Assembly (NCBI GenBank): GCA_937996685.1
Contig: CALKUP010000016.1
Coordinates: forward strand, 18,284-82,283
DNA from: an uncultured bacterium
Lineage (GTDB): Bacteria; Patescibacteriota; Patescibacteriia; UBA9570; XYC2-FULL-38-9
Direction of reading: 5' to 3'
DNA: 64,000 bases
Shown: in pieces, positions 8,809-18,738 of the stretch
Position numbering within the stretch: position 1 is the first letter of the stretch
How the letters are laid out: every line of letters begins with the position of its first letter
Made by a program: the position numbers and the translations under genes
The notes under the pieces: model-generated
Databases searched by the model: none
Seen by the model: the letters and a program-made list of their open reading frames with translations, nothing else
What the model was told of the DNA's origin: nothing

Positions 8809-9786
8809 TTATTCCGCTTGCCGAGTTTTAATATTCCATTTTTTTACAACGCCCGCACGATGTTTTGTTGAGCATTCTTCGCTGCATGCACCGTTGCTAT
8901 CTTCAGCGCACGTATCACATAAAATCACCATTTTGTTACATTCTGCGTTTGAGCAGTTGTAATAGGTGTCACAGGCAGTGTCACAAAAGTCACAAGTGGA
9001 AATAATTGTGTGATGTTCGTCATCATTGAGTTGGACTTGGGTGCGATCATCAAATACATACAAACTGCCTTCCCATAAACCATCTGGAATTTCCGCAGTG
9101 TAATTCACAATGCCGTCTTGGAGTGAATAGACCTCTTCCGCTTCTTTGAGTGAGTCAACGTAGATCGATGATTTTTCACAACGAATATTTCCATTGCAAT
9201 ACATCAAGACTTTTTTGCCGCGGACCACGTCTTTGTGCTGATCCATCCATTCTGGAAAATCACGGAAGTGGTCAATATCTGGTGTGATCGCATTTTTGAA
9301 TCGACCAATGCGCGCTTCAAAGTTGTTTCGGGCATCGAGAATAACGACGTTATCTTCTTGCATCATGTCGTGAAATTCTTTCGGGCTCAGTTTTTGTGGG
9401 ACGATTGTTTCGTCATATTCTTTGGCTTTTCCAGATGCGACAATTTCTGAACGGACTTTGACGCGAATGCCAGGGAACGGATTTTTGTGATAATACTCTT
9501 TTTTGAAAAAAATATCAGAAAAGCGTGGGTCAGCATGCATGGTGCGGATATATTCTTCTGTGTCTGCATCCAGTCCAGCCAGGGTTCCGTTGATTCCTTC
9601 TGCACTAATCAGGGTTCGGCCCTTCAAATTGAGTTGCGCCATGAGTGTCTTTTGGGAGTCACGCAGCGCTTCAGGATCGGCAATATCGGTGTATTTATAA
9701 AACAACAGAATGGTGTATGGTCGGTCGGGTGTTTGGATGTCAGCTTTCATAGAAATAGAGTGTACTATGACTTGACATTTTGTCAA
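8809..9786 (-). CDS. UPF0176/TrhO-like rhodanese-domain protein (tRNA U34 hydroxylase family) with Cys-rich C-terminal extension
   Basis: N-terminal ILLFYKY...LKGRTLISAEGINGTL. Rhodanese core ...VLMYCNGNIRCEKSS. C-terminal tail with ~12 Cys (CDFCDTACDTYYNCSNAECNKMVILCDTCAEDSNGACSEECS). Alternative start MKADIQ at 9750. Confidence 0.65.
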   Translation of the reverse strand: MTKCQVIVHSISMKADIQTPDRPYTILLFYKYTDIADPEALRDSQKTLMAQLNLKGRTLISAEGINGTLAGLDADTEEYIRTMHADPRFSDIFFKKEYYHKNPFPGIRVKVRSEIVASGKAKEYDETIVPQKLSPKEFHDMMQEDNVVILDARNNFEARIGRFKNAITPDIDHFRDFPEWMDQHKDVVRGKKVLMYCNGNIRCEKSSIYVDSLKEAEEVYSLQDGIVNYTAEIPDGLWEGSLYVFDDRTQVQLNDDEHHTIISTCDFCDTACDTYYNCSNAECNKMVILCDTCAEDSNGACSEECSTKHRAGVVKKWNIKTRQAE

Positions 9787-9866
9787 AAATCAGCTACAGA
9801 AGCGATAGCTCACACCATGCACAGGCAATGATTGCTTGTTGTTTCCGTGGGTGTTCTGAGGATTTA

Positions 9867-10682
9867 ATGTCTGCTCCCTTCGTTGTCATCGAGGGTGCTC
9901 GGGTTACCCGTCAGCCGCAGTGGCTCGGGCTCATGGACGGGGCGTTGCTTCGTATCGGTGAGGAGGTTCACTTGGACGGGAATCGGCATACCGTCCCGAT
10001 CATCGGGCTGTCTGGACCCGAGGCCCGTGTTGGGCTTGATGCCGCCCATGTCACGTTCAGTCACTCCGGGCGATACGTCGCTTGGAGTGTGGGCATGACC
10101 TTGTTGGTCTTTGACCGAAATACCGGCGCGACTTTTGAAGTTCCGCTGTCTACGACGGAACGAAGCGTCACTGTACATGGGGTCAAGTGGATCGGTGAAA
10201 GCGAGATTCATGTGGACTGCACAGGATCGTGCGGACACCGGTGTCAGCAGTACCTTTTCTACAAGGGCCTGTCGTATAAAACATCCGCGCTTCCAGAAGC
10301 GGTTAAGCCGCTGGTGCTGGACGACCGGACTTCGCATGAGTTTCAGCAGACGACGCATGCGGCATTTAGTGCAAGGCTGAATGCCTTTGACGCTCGAACG
10401 GGGCTGATGGCCGCGGTCATCAAACCGGGCGAGTTGACTGTCTGGGACCTTGAGCGGTGGATCCGGCATCAGCTCGGAACCAACTTCAGCACCTACCAGT
10501 TGGGAGGTCTGGAGATGACCACCCCCAACTCGCACATCATCCACTCCCTTGAGTGGCTTCCGGGTAAGGTGCTCAGGGTCGCGGTCGCGCGGGTTGAGAG
10601 CAACCCGAATCCCGCGTTCGACGTGAGCTGCGTCTATAGCAACGGCGTATGGCACGCTGAGTTGTTGGAGCTTCGGTTCTAA
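9867..10682 (+). CDS. hypothetical protein (GC-rich island)
   Basis: In-frame ATG at 9867 with a GAGGA SD. Plus-strand composition is protein-like (W/F/Y/H-rich). The overlapping minus-strand ORF is the Arg-rich antisense. No recognisable domain. Confidence 0.45.
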   Translation: MSAPFVVIEGARVTRQPQWLGLMDGALLRIGEEVHLDGNRHTVPIIGLSGPEARVGLDAAHVTFSHSGRYVAWSVGMTLLVFDRNTGATFEVPLSTTERSVTVHGVKWIGESEIHVDCTGSCGHRCQQYLFYKGLSYKTSALPEAVKPLVLDDRTSHEFQQTTHAAFSARLNAFDARTGLMAAVIKPGELTVWDLERWIRHQLGTNFSTYQLGGLEMTTPNSHIIHSLEWLPGKVLRVAVARVESNPNPAFDVSCVYSNGVWHAELLELRF

Positions 10683-10932
10683 CAATAGGTGATGCCATGA
10701 CGTCTCCTGCTGACTCGCGTTTCCGAGCGAAACAGCAGACAACCACCACAACCGCGGACCAGAAACAGCAACAACTCGCAACTCGCGACGCTGCTTTCCT
10801 TGGTCCGCACGTTTTCAGAGCGCAGAATCAAAGCATTCTGCATTGTGAAAACTCACTACATCAAAACGCTCGCTACCATCACTGTTTTGTTGTATCCTTA
10901 TCGTATTAAAGGTAAGTCATAATAGAACAAAT

Positions 10933-11943
10933 ATGAAAATTCACATCACCCCAAAAAGTGCATTTTTGCATCTCTTTCTGATTGCAATGCTGTATGCATC
11001 AGTCATCGCAATCCTGACAGTGTTATTTCAATACGTGAATCTCGCGTATCCAGACACGCTCACTGGCGGATATTATTCACGGACCAATATTTTTGGATTG
11101 TTGAATTGGGGCAGTGCCGTGCTGGTGATTGCGTTTCCGGCACTTGTTGCAGTCTCGACTGTTTTGGAAAAAGAATTTTTAAAAGACGATACAAAGCGAC
11201 ACACACCAGAGCGAAAATGGCTGTTGTATCTCACGCAATTTATTACAGCGCTCACGATTGTTATTAGTTTAATGGCGCTGGTCTATAATTTTTATAATGG
11301 TGGCCTTACAATCCGTTTTGGATTGAAAGTGCTGGCAACACTCACTGTCGCGGCTGCAACGCTTGGATATTATCGTTGGGAATTAGTGCGGAGTGGAAAG
11401 CGCTCTCAGACTCCGCTGATTACAGCGGTGACATCAAGTGTCTGTGTTCTGATTGTGTTAGCAACAGCCTTTTTCATTGGCGCGTCTCCACAAAATCAAC
11501 GCGCAGAAAAATTTGATCAACAACGGATGGATCATTTGAGTAGCCTGCAATCGCAAGTGATTGGTTTTTGGCAAGCAAAAAAGACATTGCCAAATACGGT
11601 GGATGAAATGAATAACACGCTGCAAGGATACATCATTCCAAAAGATCCGGAGACATCAAAAGCGTATACCTATAAAAAAACAGGGGAATTGCAATTCGAA
11701 TTATGCGCAACGTTCGGCACACAGTCGTATAATTACGAAACAGAAAAGGCCGCGGGCAATGTGATTGATTCACGCGGAACAGCCGATGAAACAAAAGCGG
11801 CGAGCCTGTCTGTCGCGCCGTATGATCCATACCAAACTTGGCTGCATACGAAAGGTGAGTATTGTTTCACTCGAACAATCGATCCGGATTATTACAAAAC
11901 AGTTGAACCAGCTGCGGCTGCAACAACATCAGTTGTGCAATAG
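10933..11943 (+). CDS. membrane protein, C-terminal pseudopilin/GspG-like motif (possibly DUF5671-type)
   Basis: Four N-terminal TM helices. C-terminal ...LPNTVDEMNNTLQGYIIPKDPETSKAYTYKKTGELQFELCATFG resembles the conserved globular region of type II secretion/type IV pseudopilins. Confidence 0.45.
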   Translation: MKIHITPKSAFLHLFLIAMLYASVIAILTVLFQYVNLAYPDTLTGGYYSRTNIFGLLNWGSAVLVIAFPALVAVSTVLEKEFLKDDTKRHTPERKWLLYLTQFITALTIVISLMALVYNFYNGGLTIRFGLKVLATLTVAAATLGYYRWELVRSGKRSQTPLITAVTSSVCVLIVLATAFFIGASPQNQRAEKFDQQRMDHLSSLQSQVIGFWQAKKTLPNTVDEMNNTLQGYIIPKDPETSKAYTYKKTGELQFELCATFGTQSYNYETEKAAGNVIDSRGTADETKAASLSVAPYDPYQTWLHTKGEYCFTRTIDPDYYKTVEPAAAATTSVVQ

Positions 11944-12008
11944 CGATCCATTCTCATGTATATACAAAAAGAGCCCCGTCTATCGAGGCTCTTTTTTATG
12001 AGAAGTAT

Positions 12009-12818
12009 TTATGAGGTCAGTTTGTCAAAAAATGCCCACACGATTTCAAAAGCAATTAATATGATCACAACCCATTCAAGCGCATGTGATTGTCGGGTGT
12101 TTACTTCGTCGCGCAGTAGCTCTGTCATTTTATGGAGTGAGTCTAGTTTTTCTGACAGTACATTCCAGCGATCATCTAATTCTAAGTAGACAGCTGTTTT
12201 TGTGTAATATTGCGCAAGACGCGGCTCATCCCAAAACATATCTGGGCGATCTTCAGCAAGACCTGCAGTACTAACAGTGAATTGCAATTGAACGATAGAG
12301 CCAATTAATTTTTTAATCTGTTTAGCGCGTAATTTTGTGTGACCGGTTTCTGCCATTTCTGTTGGAAGATTCATCACGCGTTTTGAAACATCTGTTACTT
12401 GCTGTTCACTGTCTTCCATTTGAAGAGACTTCGCAACGGCGTATGAAATACTCATCAATGCTCGCATGTCATCATGCGGTACAACAAAAATATCTTCTAC
12501 AATGTCAAAATCACCATGATCAAGTTGGTAGCTGAATGTTTCGCTGACTGGTTTTTTTGAGAGGGGTTCAAAGATTTCTTCTTTTCGTTGTTCAATGAGC
12601 TCCAATACTGCTTCTGCGTTCCAGCTGACGACAGTTCCGTTTTTGAACAAAAAACAGACGCTGGCAGCATTCATGTCAGTGTGGAGCGAGGTAATTTGCA
12701 AGACCTCAGGTAGGCGAGTGATCGTATATTGATCAGTCATTGCTTCAAGAACGCGACCGAAATTGGCCCGAACACCGTATTTTACGGCTTTTGCGATTTG
12801 TGTGTTCATATGCGCCAA
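12009..12818 (-). CDS. DUF155 / RMD1 (YagE) family protein
   Basis: C-terminal WDEPRLAQYYTKTAVYLELDDRWNVLSEKLDSLHKMTELLRDEVNTRQSHALEWVVIILIAFEIVWAFF matches the DUF155 signature with its terminal TM helix. Confidence 0.75.
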   Translation of the reverse strand: MAHMNTQIAKAVKYGVRANFGRVLEAMTDQYTITRLPEVLQITSLHTDMNAASVCFLFKNGTVVSWNAEAVLELIEQRKEEIFEPLSKKPVSETFSYQLDHGDFDIVEDIFVVPHDDMRALMSISYAVAKSLQMEDSEQQVTDVSKRVMNLPTEMAETGHTKLRAKQIKKLIGSIVQLQFTVSTAGLAEDRPDMFWDEPRLAQYYTKTAVYLELDDRWNVLSEKLDSLHKMTELLRDEVNTRQSHALEWVVIILIAFEIVWAFFDKLTS

Positions 12819-12921
12819 TTATGCCAGACAATTAGTATTTTGTCAATATTGCGTCTTTTTTTCTCTTGTTTTATACTGTCTTTATTCCCGATAAGCGACT
12901 TATTCGTTACGGGATTTTTTT

Positions 12922-13941
12922 ATGCAAAAAAACACATCTACAATCAATTTAGACACTGAAATCGTTGAACATGCGCCGCTGCAGCGCCCAAATATCGGCT
13001 TTTTATACGTTCCGGACGATAAGCCAGTATTTGGGAATTCTCAGCAACTCGCTGCGTGGATGTCTGCTTTTTCTGAATTACACATGATTTGTGACGCTGA
13101 ATCATTATTTATTGCGGCGAGTCATCGTGATACGCCGGTTGCTGTGCTTGATCGCATTTGTGAAACGTTGGAAAAGCGATACGATGATTTTGATGGGTTC
13201 GTTGTTTTGTTGCCACGCCAAGACATCTTGTTTCAAGCGAGCAACTTATCTTTGCGCATTGCTCAAACAGGAAAGCCAATTGTCTGCACCAGTGATTTTG
13301 CAACAGGGTTGCAAACGCGTTTTCGAGATTATTATTCCGCAGCGTTCAAGTCAGAGATGATGTCCGCGTCGCATATTGCGTATGAAAATATTTCTGGTGT
13401 TGTTGCAATGGCAGGAATTGACGTCGTCGCTCCAGCGCACGCACGGATTGAATACACTGAGCAGCGTCCATATATCACCAGTACAGTCGCTGGGACGCTC
13501 GGCTTTATTGACTTTGGATTACACCTTGGTCGAAAAGCTGTGCGGCGCGCAAATACCAAGCCGTTGAAACTGGCGCGTTGGAAACACGTCGATGTACGGC
13601 GGATTGTGCTTGATGAAAAGCAAGCGCTCAATGTTCCGCGTCAATTATTACGAACGGAGAGAAAAACACGCGGCTTGATTGCGCAAGTATCTGGAGTTGC
13701 TCCGTTGTCTTTGTTGTCTGCGATTCCTCAGACGCTTCCAGTGTGTATCGTGTCTGCGTCAGGAGCGCAGATATCGTGGAACGGCGAGCATCGAACAGTG
13801 AGTAGTAGACATGCGAGTGCTGTTGCGGCGCAATTCACCGCCGTGCTTTCAACGCTCACACAAAAACAGTTAAAAAATCCACTGGCTATTGAACGGGCAA
13901 TGCAAAAAATCGTCTTTCCGTTTGTGAAATCAGCTGTATGA
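12922..13941 (+). CDS. hypothetical protein
   Basis: 339 aa, no confident family. Overlaps the next gene by 4 nt (ATGA), suggesting translational coupling. Confidence 0.5.
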   Translation: MQKNTSTINLDTEIVEHAPLQRPNIGFLYVPDDKPVFGNSQQLAAWMSAFSELHMICDAESLFIAASHRDTPVAVLDRICETLEKRYDDFDGFVVLLPRQDILFQASNLSLRIAQTGKPIVCTSDFATGLQTRFRDYYSAAFKSEMMSASHIAYENISGVVAMAGIDVVAPAHARIEYTEQRPYITSTVAGTLGFIDFGLHLGRKAVRRANTKPLKLARWKHVDVRRIVLDEKQALNVPRQLLRTERKTRGLIAQVSGVAPLSLLSAIPQTLPVCIVSASGAQISWNGEHRTVSSRHASAVAAQFTAVLSTLTQKQLKNPLAIERAMQKIVFPFVKSAV

Positions 13942-14510
13942 ACGTGTACATTTTTGATGAACGAACTGAGGGAGCGATTGTGGATATTTGCACTGCAAAT
14001 CGCGTGACCGTATTAACGCATCACGATGCGATGAAGCGCCGCAAACACCCGAGCCTTGGGTTGTCGTTTCTCGATCAAGTGGATGCATTAATTTTGGACA
14101 TCACACGCCCGTCTCAGGATGTGCAATTTATTTTGGCGCACGCGCTGTTGCTGCAAAAACCGACATTATGCGTCTATGCAAAAAATTATCCACCGCGCGA
14201 TGTGATTGCGTATATCAAAAAACAGCCAGCACCACGCTCGATTAAAACGTTTTCATATAGTAGTCAGTCACTTGCTGAAGGAATTCGACGGTTTGTATCA
14301 CAACATCATGTGGATCCAGAAGAGCGAGATGTTGTTCCGTCTATTAAATACACCTTGCGAATGACGCCACAAACAGACCGATATATTCAATGGTTATCAG
14401 AAAAGCAGCACAAAACAAAAGCGATTGTGTTGCGCGAATTGTTTGCAACAATGGCATTGACTGATGCGGATTATCAAGCGGAGCAACGCGCTCGAGAAAA
14501 CGAAGTATAG
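13938..14510 (+). CDS. hypothetical protein (flavodoxin/nucleoside-deoxyribosyltransferase-like N-terminal fold, tentative)
   Basis: MNVYIFDERTEGAIVD...VDALILDITRPSQDVQFILAHALLLQKPTLCVYAKN has a Rossmann-like pattern. C-terminal tail is charged and helical. Confidence 0.45.
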   Translation: MNVYIFDERTEGAIVDICTANRVTVLTHHDAMKRRKHPSLGLSFLDQVDALILDITRPSQDVQFILAHALLLQKPTLCVYAKNYPPRDVIAYIKKQPAPRSIKTFSYSSQSLAEGIRRFVSQHHVDPEERDVVPSIKYTLRMTPQTDRYIQWLSEKQHKTKAIVLRELFATMALTDADYQAEQRARENEV

Positions 14511-14619
14511 ATTCACTTCTTCCGTCTTTTTGCTGAATTTGCTATAGTATAAATAATACTATTTCCGCAAACATGTGCGAGATTTGCTCGTAATACGTTT
14601 GATTATTTTTATCATCACT

Positions 14620-17600
14620 ATGGGAAGAACAACAAAAGAAGGGCGTAGAGAAAAGGTGTCAGAACCAGAAGATCAAAGACTGGCTCGCTTGGAAAGACGG
14701 CGTGTAGTAGACAAAGCAAGGCGTGAGAAAGAGAAAGCTGCTAAAGCAGCGTCCTTAGAATCAAATACAGGGACAGTGGCTGAGACTCCGACTTCAGACC
14801 TTGTTATTTCTGCCGAGGTCCCTGAAGCTACTGAGCTGATAACGAGTCCTGCTGCTACTCCTTTAGGGCCTACTCCAGCAGACCCACAACCAGTAGCGCC
14901 AGTCGAGCCTCCTGAAAAGACTGATTCTAAAACAGGTTCAGGTAAAGGAAGGCGAGATGATGATCCTCGTGATCGAAATTTGCGAAAGTCAGAGCGATCT
15001 GAAGCCGTTGATTATTCAAAGCCAAAAAATAATCTTGGTCGGGTGTTATCTTTTTCCACGGTCATTCTTGATGAACCCACTAATACAGTGCTTGTTCCAG
15101 TTGCGGTAGAGGGAGCGGAAGTGATTGAAGTACAAATTATTTATCCAGAGTTTGATAAGTTTGATGTTAAAAATCATGCTGATGCACCATATCTTGGTCA
15201 GCAGAAGATTCGTATTGTTGGTGTTACAGAAGCGGCAGAATCAAAAGATGGAAAAGTGCATTATCGGGCTATTTTAGAGAAGTGGCGAGAGAATTTTGTT
15301 GCAGAGCAAGCGCGTGTAGAAGAAGAAAATGATCAATATCTTCCAGGTGATCGTATTCACAATGTGTCGCTGGTTCTGAATCCTTCAAGAAGAGCGCCAA
15401 GTCGGTTTTTTGTTGAGCGTGAACGCAATGACAAAAAAGAGCGATTGTATATTCAAGCTGGAGCGTCAAGTATTCCGGATCCTGCCGATCCTACAGCTCT
15501 GAGCGGTCAATATGATATTGAGGTTTTGTCTTGTGCTGGTACAAAAATTGAACAAGACGGTGTTCCTGTTACGCTGTATCAAGCAATGATTGTTGAAAAA
15601 ACTGACCCGACAAGCATTGAGACTAAATATGACGCTGAGACTCTGAAGCGAGAATTGCACACTAAAAAAGATGCCGATCGTGTAGATCAGATTAGAAAAT
15701 TGCCACGTAAAAAAAGTGATTTCCCCGCACCAGATAGAATTATCGCTGATAATAACATTTATTTTACTGTCAATATAGGCTCAAAAGACGATGAATTGAA
15801 TGGGTACTTTATCCATGAAGGAAATAACAAATTTCTCGCAGTGCGATCTTTGTTGAATCTTTTGGACTCTCAATCTGGGCAACGGTTGGAATTTTTTCCA
15901 TCAGCAGAAGTCGCTGTGCTTGGTGAGTTAGGGAAGAAAAGAGAAGGTCGGCCTGTTTTTGAAGGAGTATTTCAGCACGATGTTGAATTCATTGGATATG
16001 TCAGGTCTTATGAAGAGATACTTCGAAGTCATGAAGGTATCTTGCGTTACATTGATACACTGACACTTGATGAAGTGCCTGGCGATGCTCAAAAAACGCT
16101 CATACGCTCTATTCAAAAAAAGCGATCAAACATGATGCGTATTGTGTCTGAAATGGGCAAAGGGATGCGCGGTTCAAGAGTATTGCGAGAGTTTTTAGAC
16201 GATTTTCGCTCTAACAGTGTGGAGTTGAATATTGCTTTGAGTACTGCCGAGCAACAATTTGGCTCGAAAATCAACACGGTAGAACAAGCTGAGCACCATG
16301 AAGATGATCTGTTTTTATTTGAGTTGGGCGCGTATGAACGTCGTCACCCAAGTCCGTCTATTGAAGTGATGCATCAGCGTCGTTTGGATTTGTACAAACA
16401 ATTAATTGATAATGAAGTTCAACGGAAGCCTGGAACGCGTCTTGCGTATCAAGCATTACAAGCTGAAATTGCGCAACGTAATCATGAAAGTGACATGGGG
16501 CGACATGGACGGATTCGAGGCTTGCTTGCTTGGGCAAAAGCATATGCTGAGCGTTTTCCAAGAATGTTTGATGCTCAACCTGCAAGTGTTGATGCTGAAG
16601 CTGAGAAACCAGTAGCTGCTGCCGTGTCAAAAGCTGAGGCTGACAATTCAGCAGGCGTTGTTGAGGCACCGAAGGTCGAGGTTACTGCTCCAGCCCCAGG
16701 ACCTGCTCTCGCAGGAAGTGCAGTAGAAGCAGCGGAAGCAGTGTCGCCGCCTACCGTTGAAAAAGTAGAGACTCCAGCAACACCTACAGCACAAGCGTTG
16801 TTTACTGAAAAAGATTTTGACCCGGCAATTGATAACGGCTTTGAAGATGGAACAACCATTTTGGTCCAGATTCCAGGCTTTGGATATGAGCTTGACGGAC
16901 AAATGGTTCGTCCAGATTATTTGGTGATTACTTATTTTGACGACGCTTCAGGACAAATGCAAGCAACGCCGTATTTCAACGGAGTGCCAGCAGATCGGCC
17001 AATCGCATTTACGTATAGTAGTCTAGAAGCGTTTAGTCAGATTCGCGCTGTAACAGAAGCAGAAGTGCTGACTGTGAAAACAGTCGTGCCTGAGCCTGAG
17101 GCAGCGCCAGCTCCAGTTGCTGTGGAAGCTCCTTCGGTAGATTCCTTTGAGAGTGATGCATCTTTCGTTGCTCCAGAAGTAAAAGAGCGGTTACAAGATC
17201 AAATTAAAGAGCTTGCCGCACGATTATCACGTCTCGGTGTTTCGGTAACTGAGGATATATTGCTGCAAAGTGCGATACTGCGGAGATCTCCTTCTCTCGA
17301 AGGCGGTGATCATGTTTCATGTCGAATAACCTTTGATTCGCCACGCAATATCCCATTACCTGAAGCGCTTAAAGTTAAAGACGAATCTAATAGTGACATT
17401 TATGAGGGTCCGGTATTTATCAATTCCTTGGTGATGTATAATATAGATAACGTAAAAAGTATTGATGCATGGATTATTGGGTTGTCAGATGCAAATGGTG
17501 AACAGCGTGTAATGAGTGTGTCAATTGTTGAATTAGAAAAATTAATCAACGCTAAACAGTTGCCGGCAGAATATGATGCAAGTGGATTGCGGCTTGTTGA

Positions 17601-18684
17601 TTCAACTAGCAGAATTGCAACCGCATCTGAAGCTGATCGGAATGCTAAAAATTTTTGGGGTGATGATGATTCTTCAGAATCAGGTTGGTCAACAGCAGCT
17701 GATGCTGCAGAAGCGCCTGTTGATGTTAATGAGTCAGAAGTTTCAGAAGACAAAAAAGCTGAACTGCGAGCTAAAATGGAAGAGGTCTTTCAAAGACTTA
17801 AGGCCCTTGGCGTTGTTGTTGGTGATGTACAGTCTCTATTAGAAAACGCAATTTTTAGGACAAGTGGTGTGTATTCAGGTGGATATATCTATTTACATTC
17901 TCTGGGTAATCAAAATTTACAAATTAGCCTTCCGAGGGCTATTGAGCGACAAGCAGATGCATCTGCTGCCCACCGCTTTGAAGGTGTGCTGACTATTAAT
18001 AGCTTGTTTCTAGGGTCTGGGGAAGATGTTGCTGACTGTGAGATGCAGCTGGATTCAGATCAGTCATCGTGGGAATTTCGTCTTTCTGAATTAGAAGATT
18101 TGATTACTAATGGAAATATTTCAGAATCTCTAGAAAGGTGGGGTTTTCGCTTTGTTGAGTCAGATAGTGCTGCGCCTGCGGAAGTAGCGGCACCAGTAAA
18201 AACCGAAGCACCGAAAAAGCCGGACGCAGTAGCAGCGGTTCCATCGCTTGAATCTATTTTGCCGGCTGGAAAGACAATTGATCGGTATGTCGCTGAGCTG
18301 CGACCGCGTGCTGCTGAAATAAAGAAAATGATTACAGATACTCTTGGCATGTGGCAAATGATCAGATTAGCTGGACGAACAGGTGAATTACAAGCGCTTG
18401 TTCCAGAATTAACTGAATTACTTGATCGAGTGACGGTGGCAAAAAAAGCAATTCGTGATAAACGAAAAAGAACGGATTCAGATCCTGAGATTATTACAGC
18501 TCATACGGCTGAATTACAATTTGTTCAAGAGTTGTCACAGCTTTTTTCAGATCAAGGAATTCGTGGAATTGCAGCAAGTGCAGATACGGTTAACAATTTT
18601 ATTGATAAAAAGTTGCCTGTATTGAAGGGTAAGGCAAAGAAAATAGTAGAATCATACGATGCTATTACCCGCACCATGAAGTAA
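14620..18684 (+). CDS. giant (1355 aa) hypothetical cytoplasmic protein with P/A/E-rich linkers and an internal ~140-aa tandem duplication
   Basis: ATG at 14620 (MGRTTKEGRREK...). The track ORF starts at 14575. No signal peptide, basic N-terminus. Low-complexity linkers (PTPADPQPVAPVEPPE, APAPVAVEAPS, AAPAEVAAPVKTEAPKKP). Repeat 1 ~nt 17176-17600 and repeat 2 ~17749-18170 align (RL..LGV.V.....LL..AI.R.S ... EG...INSL...). Confidence 0.6.
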   Translation: MGRTTKEGRREKVSEPEDQRLARLERRRVVDKARREKEKAAKAASLESNTGTVAETPTSDLVISAEVPEATELITSPAATPLGPTPADPQPVAPVEPPEKTDSKTGSGKGRRDDDPRDRNLRKSERSEAVDYSKPKNNLGRVLSFSTVILDEPTNTVLVPVAVEGAEVIEVQIIYPEFDKFDVKNHADAPYLGQQKIRIVGVTEAAESKDGKVHYRAILEKWRENFVAEQARVEEENDQYLPGDRIHNVSLVLNPSRRAPSRFFVERERNDKKERLYIQAGASSIPDPADPTALSGQYDIEVLSCAGTKIEQDGVPVTLYQAMIVEKTDPTSIETKYDAETLKRELHTKKDADRVDQIRKLPRKKSDFPAPDRIIADNNIYFTVNIGSKDDELNGYFIHEGNNKFLAVRSLLNLLDSQSGQRLEFFPSAEVAVLGELGKKREGRPVFEGVFQHDVEFIGYVRSYEEILRSHEGILRYIDTLTLDEVPGDAQKTLIRSIQKKRSNMMRIVSEMGKGMRGSRVLREFLDDFRSNSVELNIALSTAEQQFGSKINTVEQAEHHEDDLFLFELGAYERRHPSPSIEVMHQRRLDLYKQLIDNEVQRKPGTRLAYQALQAEIAQRNHESDMGRHGRIRGLLAWAKAYAERFPRMFDAQPASVDAEAEKPVAAAVSKAEADNSAGVVEAPKVEVTAPAPGPALAGSAVEAAEAVSPPTVEKVETPATPTAQALFTEKDFDPAIDNGFEDGTTILVQIPGFGYELDGQMVRPDYLVITYFDDASGQMQATPYFNGVPADRPIAFTYSSLEAFSQIRAVTEAEVLTVKTVVPEPEAAPAPVAVEAPSVDSFESDASFVAPEVKERLQDQIKELAARLSRLGVSVTEDILLQSAILRRSPSLEGGDHVSCRITFDSPRNIPLPEALKVKDESNSDIYEGPVFINSLVMYNIDNVKSIDAWIIGLSDANGEQRVMSVSIVELEKLINAKQLPAEYDASGLRLVDSTSRIATASEADRNAKNFWGDDDSSESGWSTAADAAEAPVDVNESEVSEDKKAELRAKMEEVFQRLKALGVVVGDVQSLLENAIFRTSGVYSGGYIYLHSLGNQNLQISLPRAIERQADASAAHRFEGVLTINSLFLGSGEDVADCEMQLDSDQSSWEFRLSELEDLITNGNISESLERWGFRFVESDSAAPAEVAAPVKTEAPKKPDAVAAVPSLESILPAGKTIDRYVAELRPRAAEIKKMITDTLGMWQMIRLAGRTGELQALVPELTELLDRVTVAKKAIRDKRKRTDSDPEIITAHTAELQFVQELSQLFSDQGIRGIAASADTVNNFIDKKLPVLKGKAKKIVESYDAITRTMK

Positions 18685-18693
18685 AACGAGTAA

Positions 18694-18726
18694 ACAAAAA
18701 ACCGCTCGATTTGAGCGGTTTTTTTA
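18694..18726. terminator. bidirectional intrinsic terminator between convergent genes
   Basis: aaaaaaACCGCTCGATTTGAGCGGTttttttt. Confidence 0.6.
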
Positions 18727-18738
18727 ATCAGCGGAAAG

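Noticed and set aside
10697-10909. 70-aa ORF (T/Q-rich) in the 250-nt gap after the GC-rich gene
   Set aside because: Low-complexity translation, no SD. Treated as non-coding spacer, though a small hairpin (gcagaatcaaagcattctgc) is present.
12922-13941. Possible asparaginase/GatD-like assignment for the 339-aa protein
   Set aside because: No TGGTIA-type or other catalytic motifs could be found by eye. Left as hypothetical.
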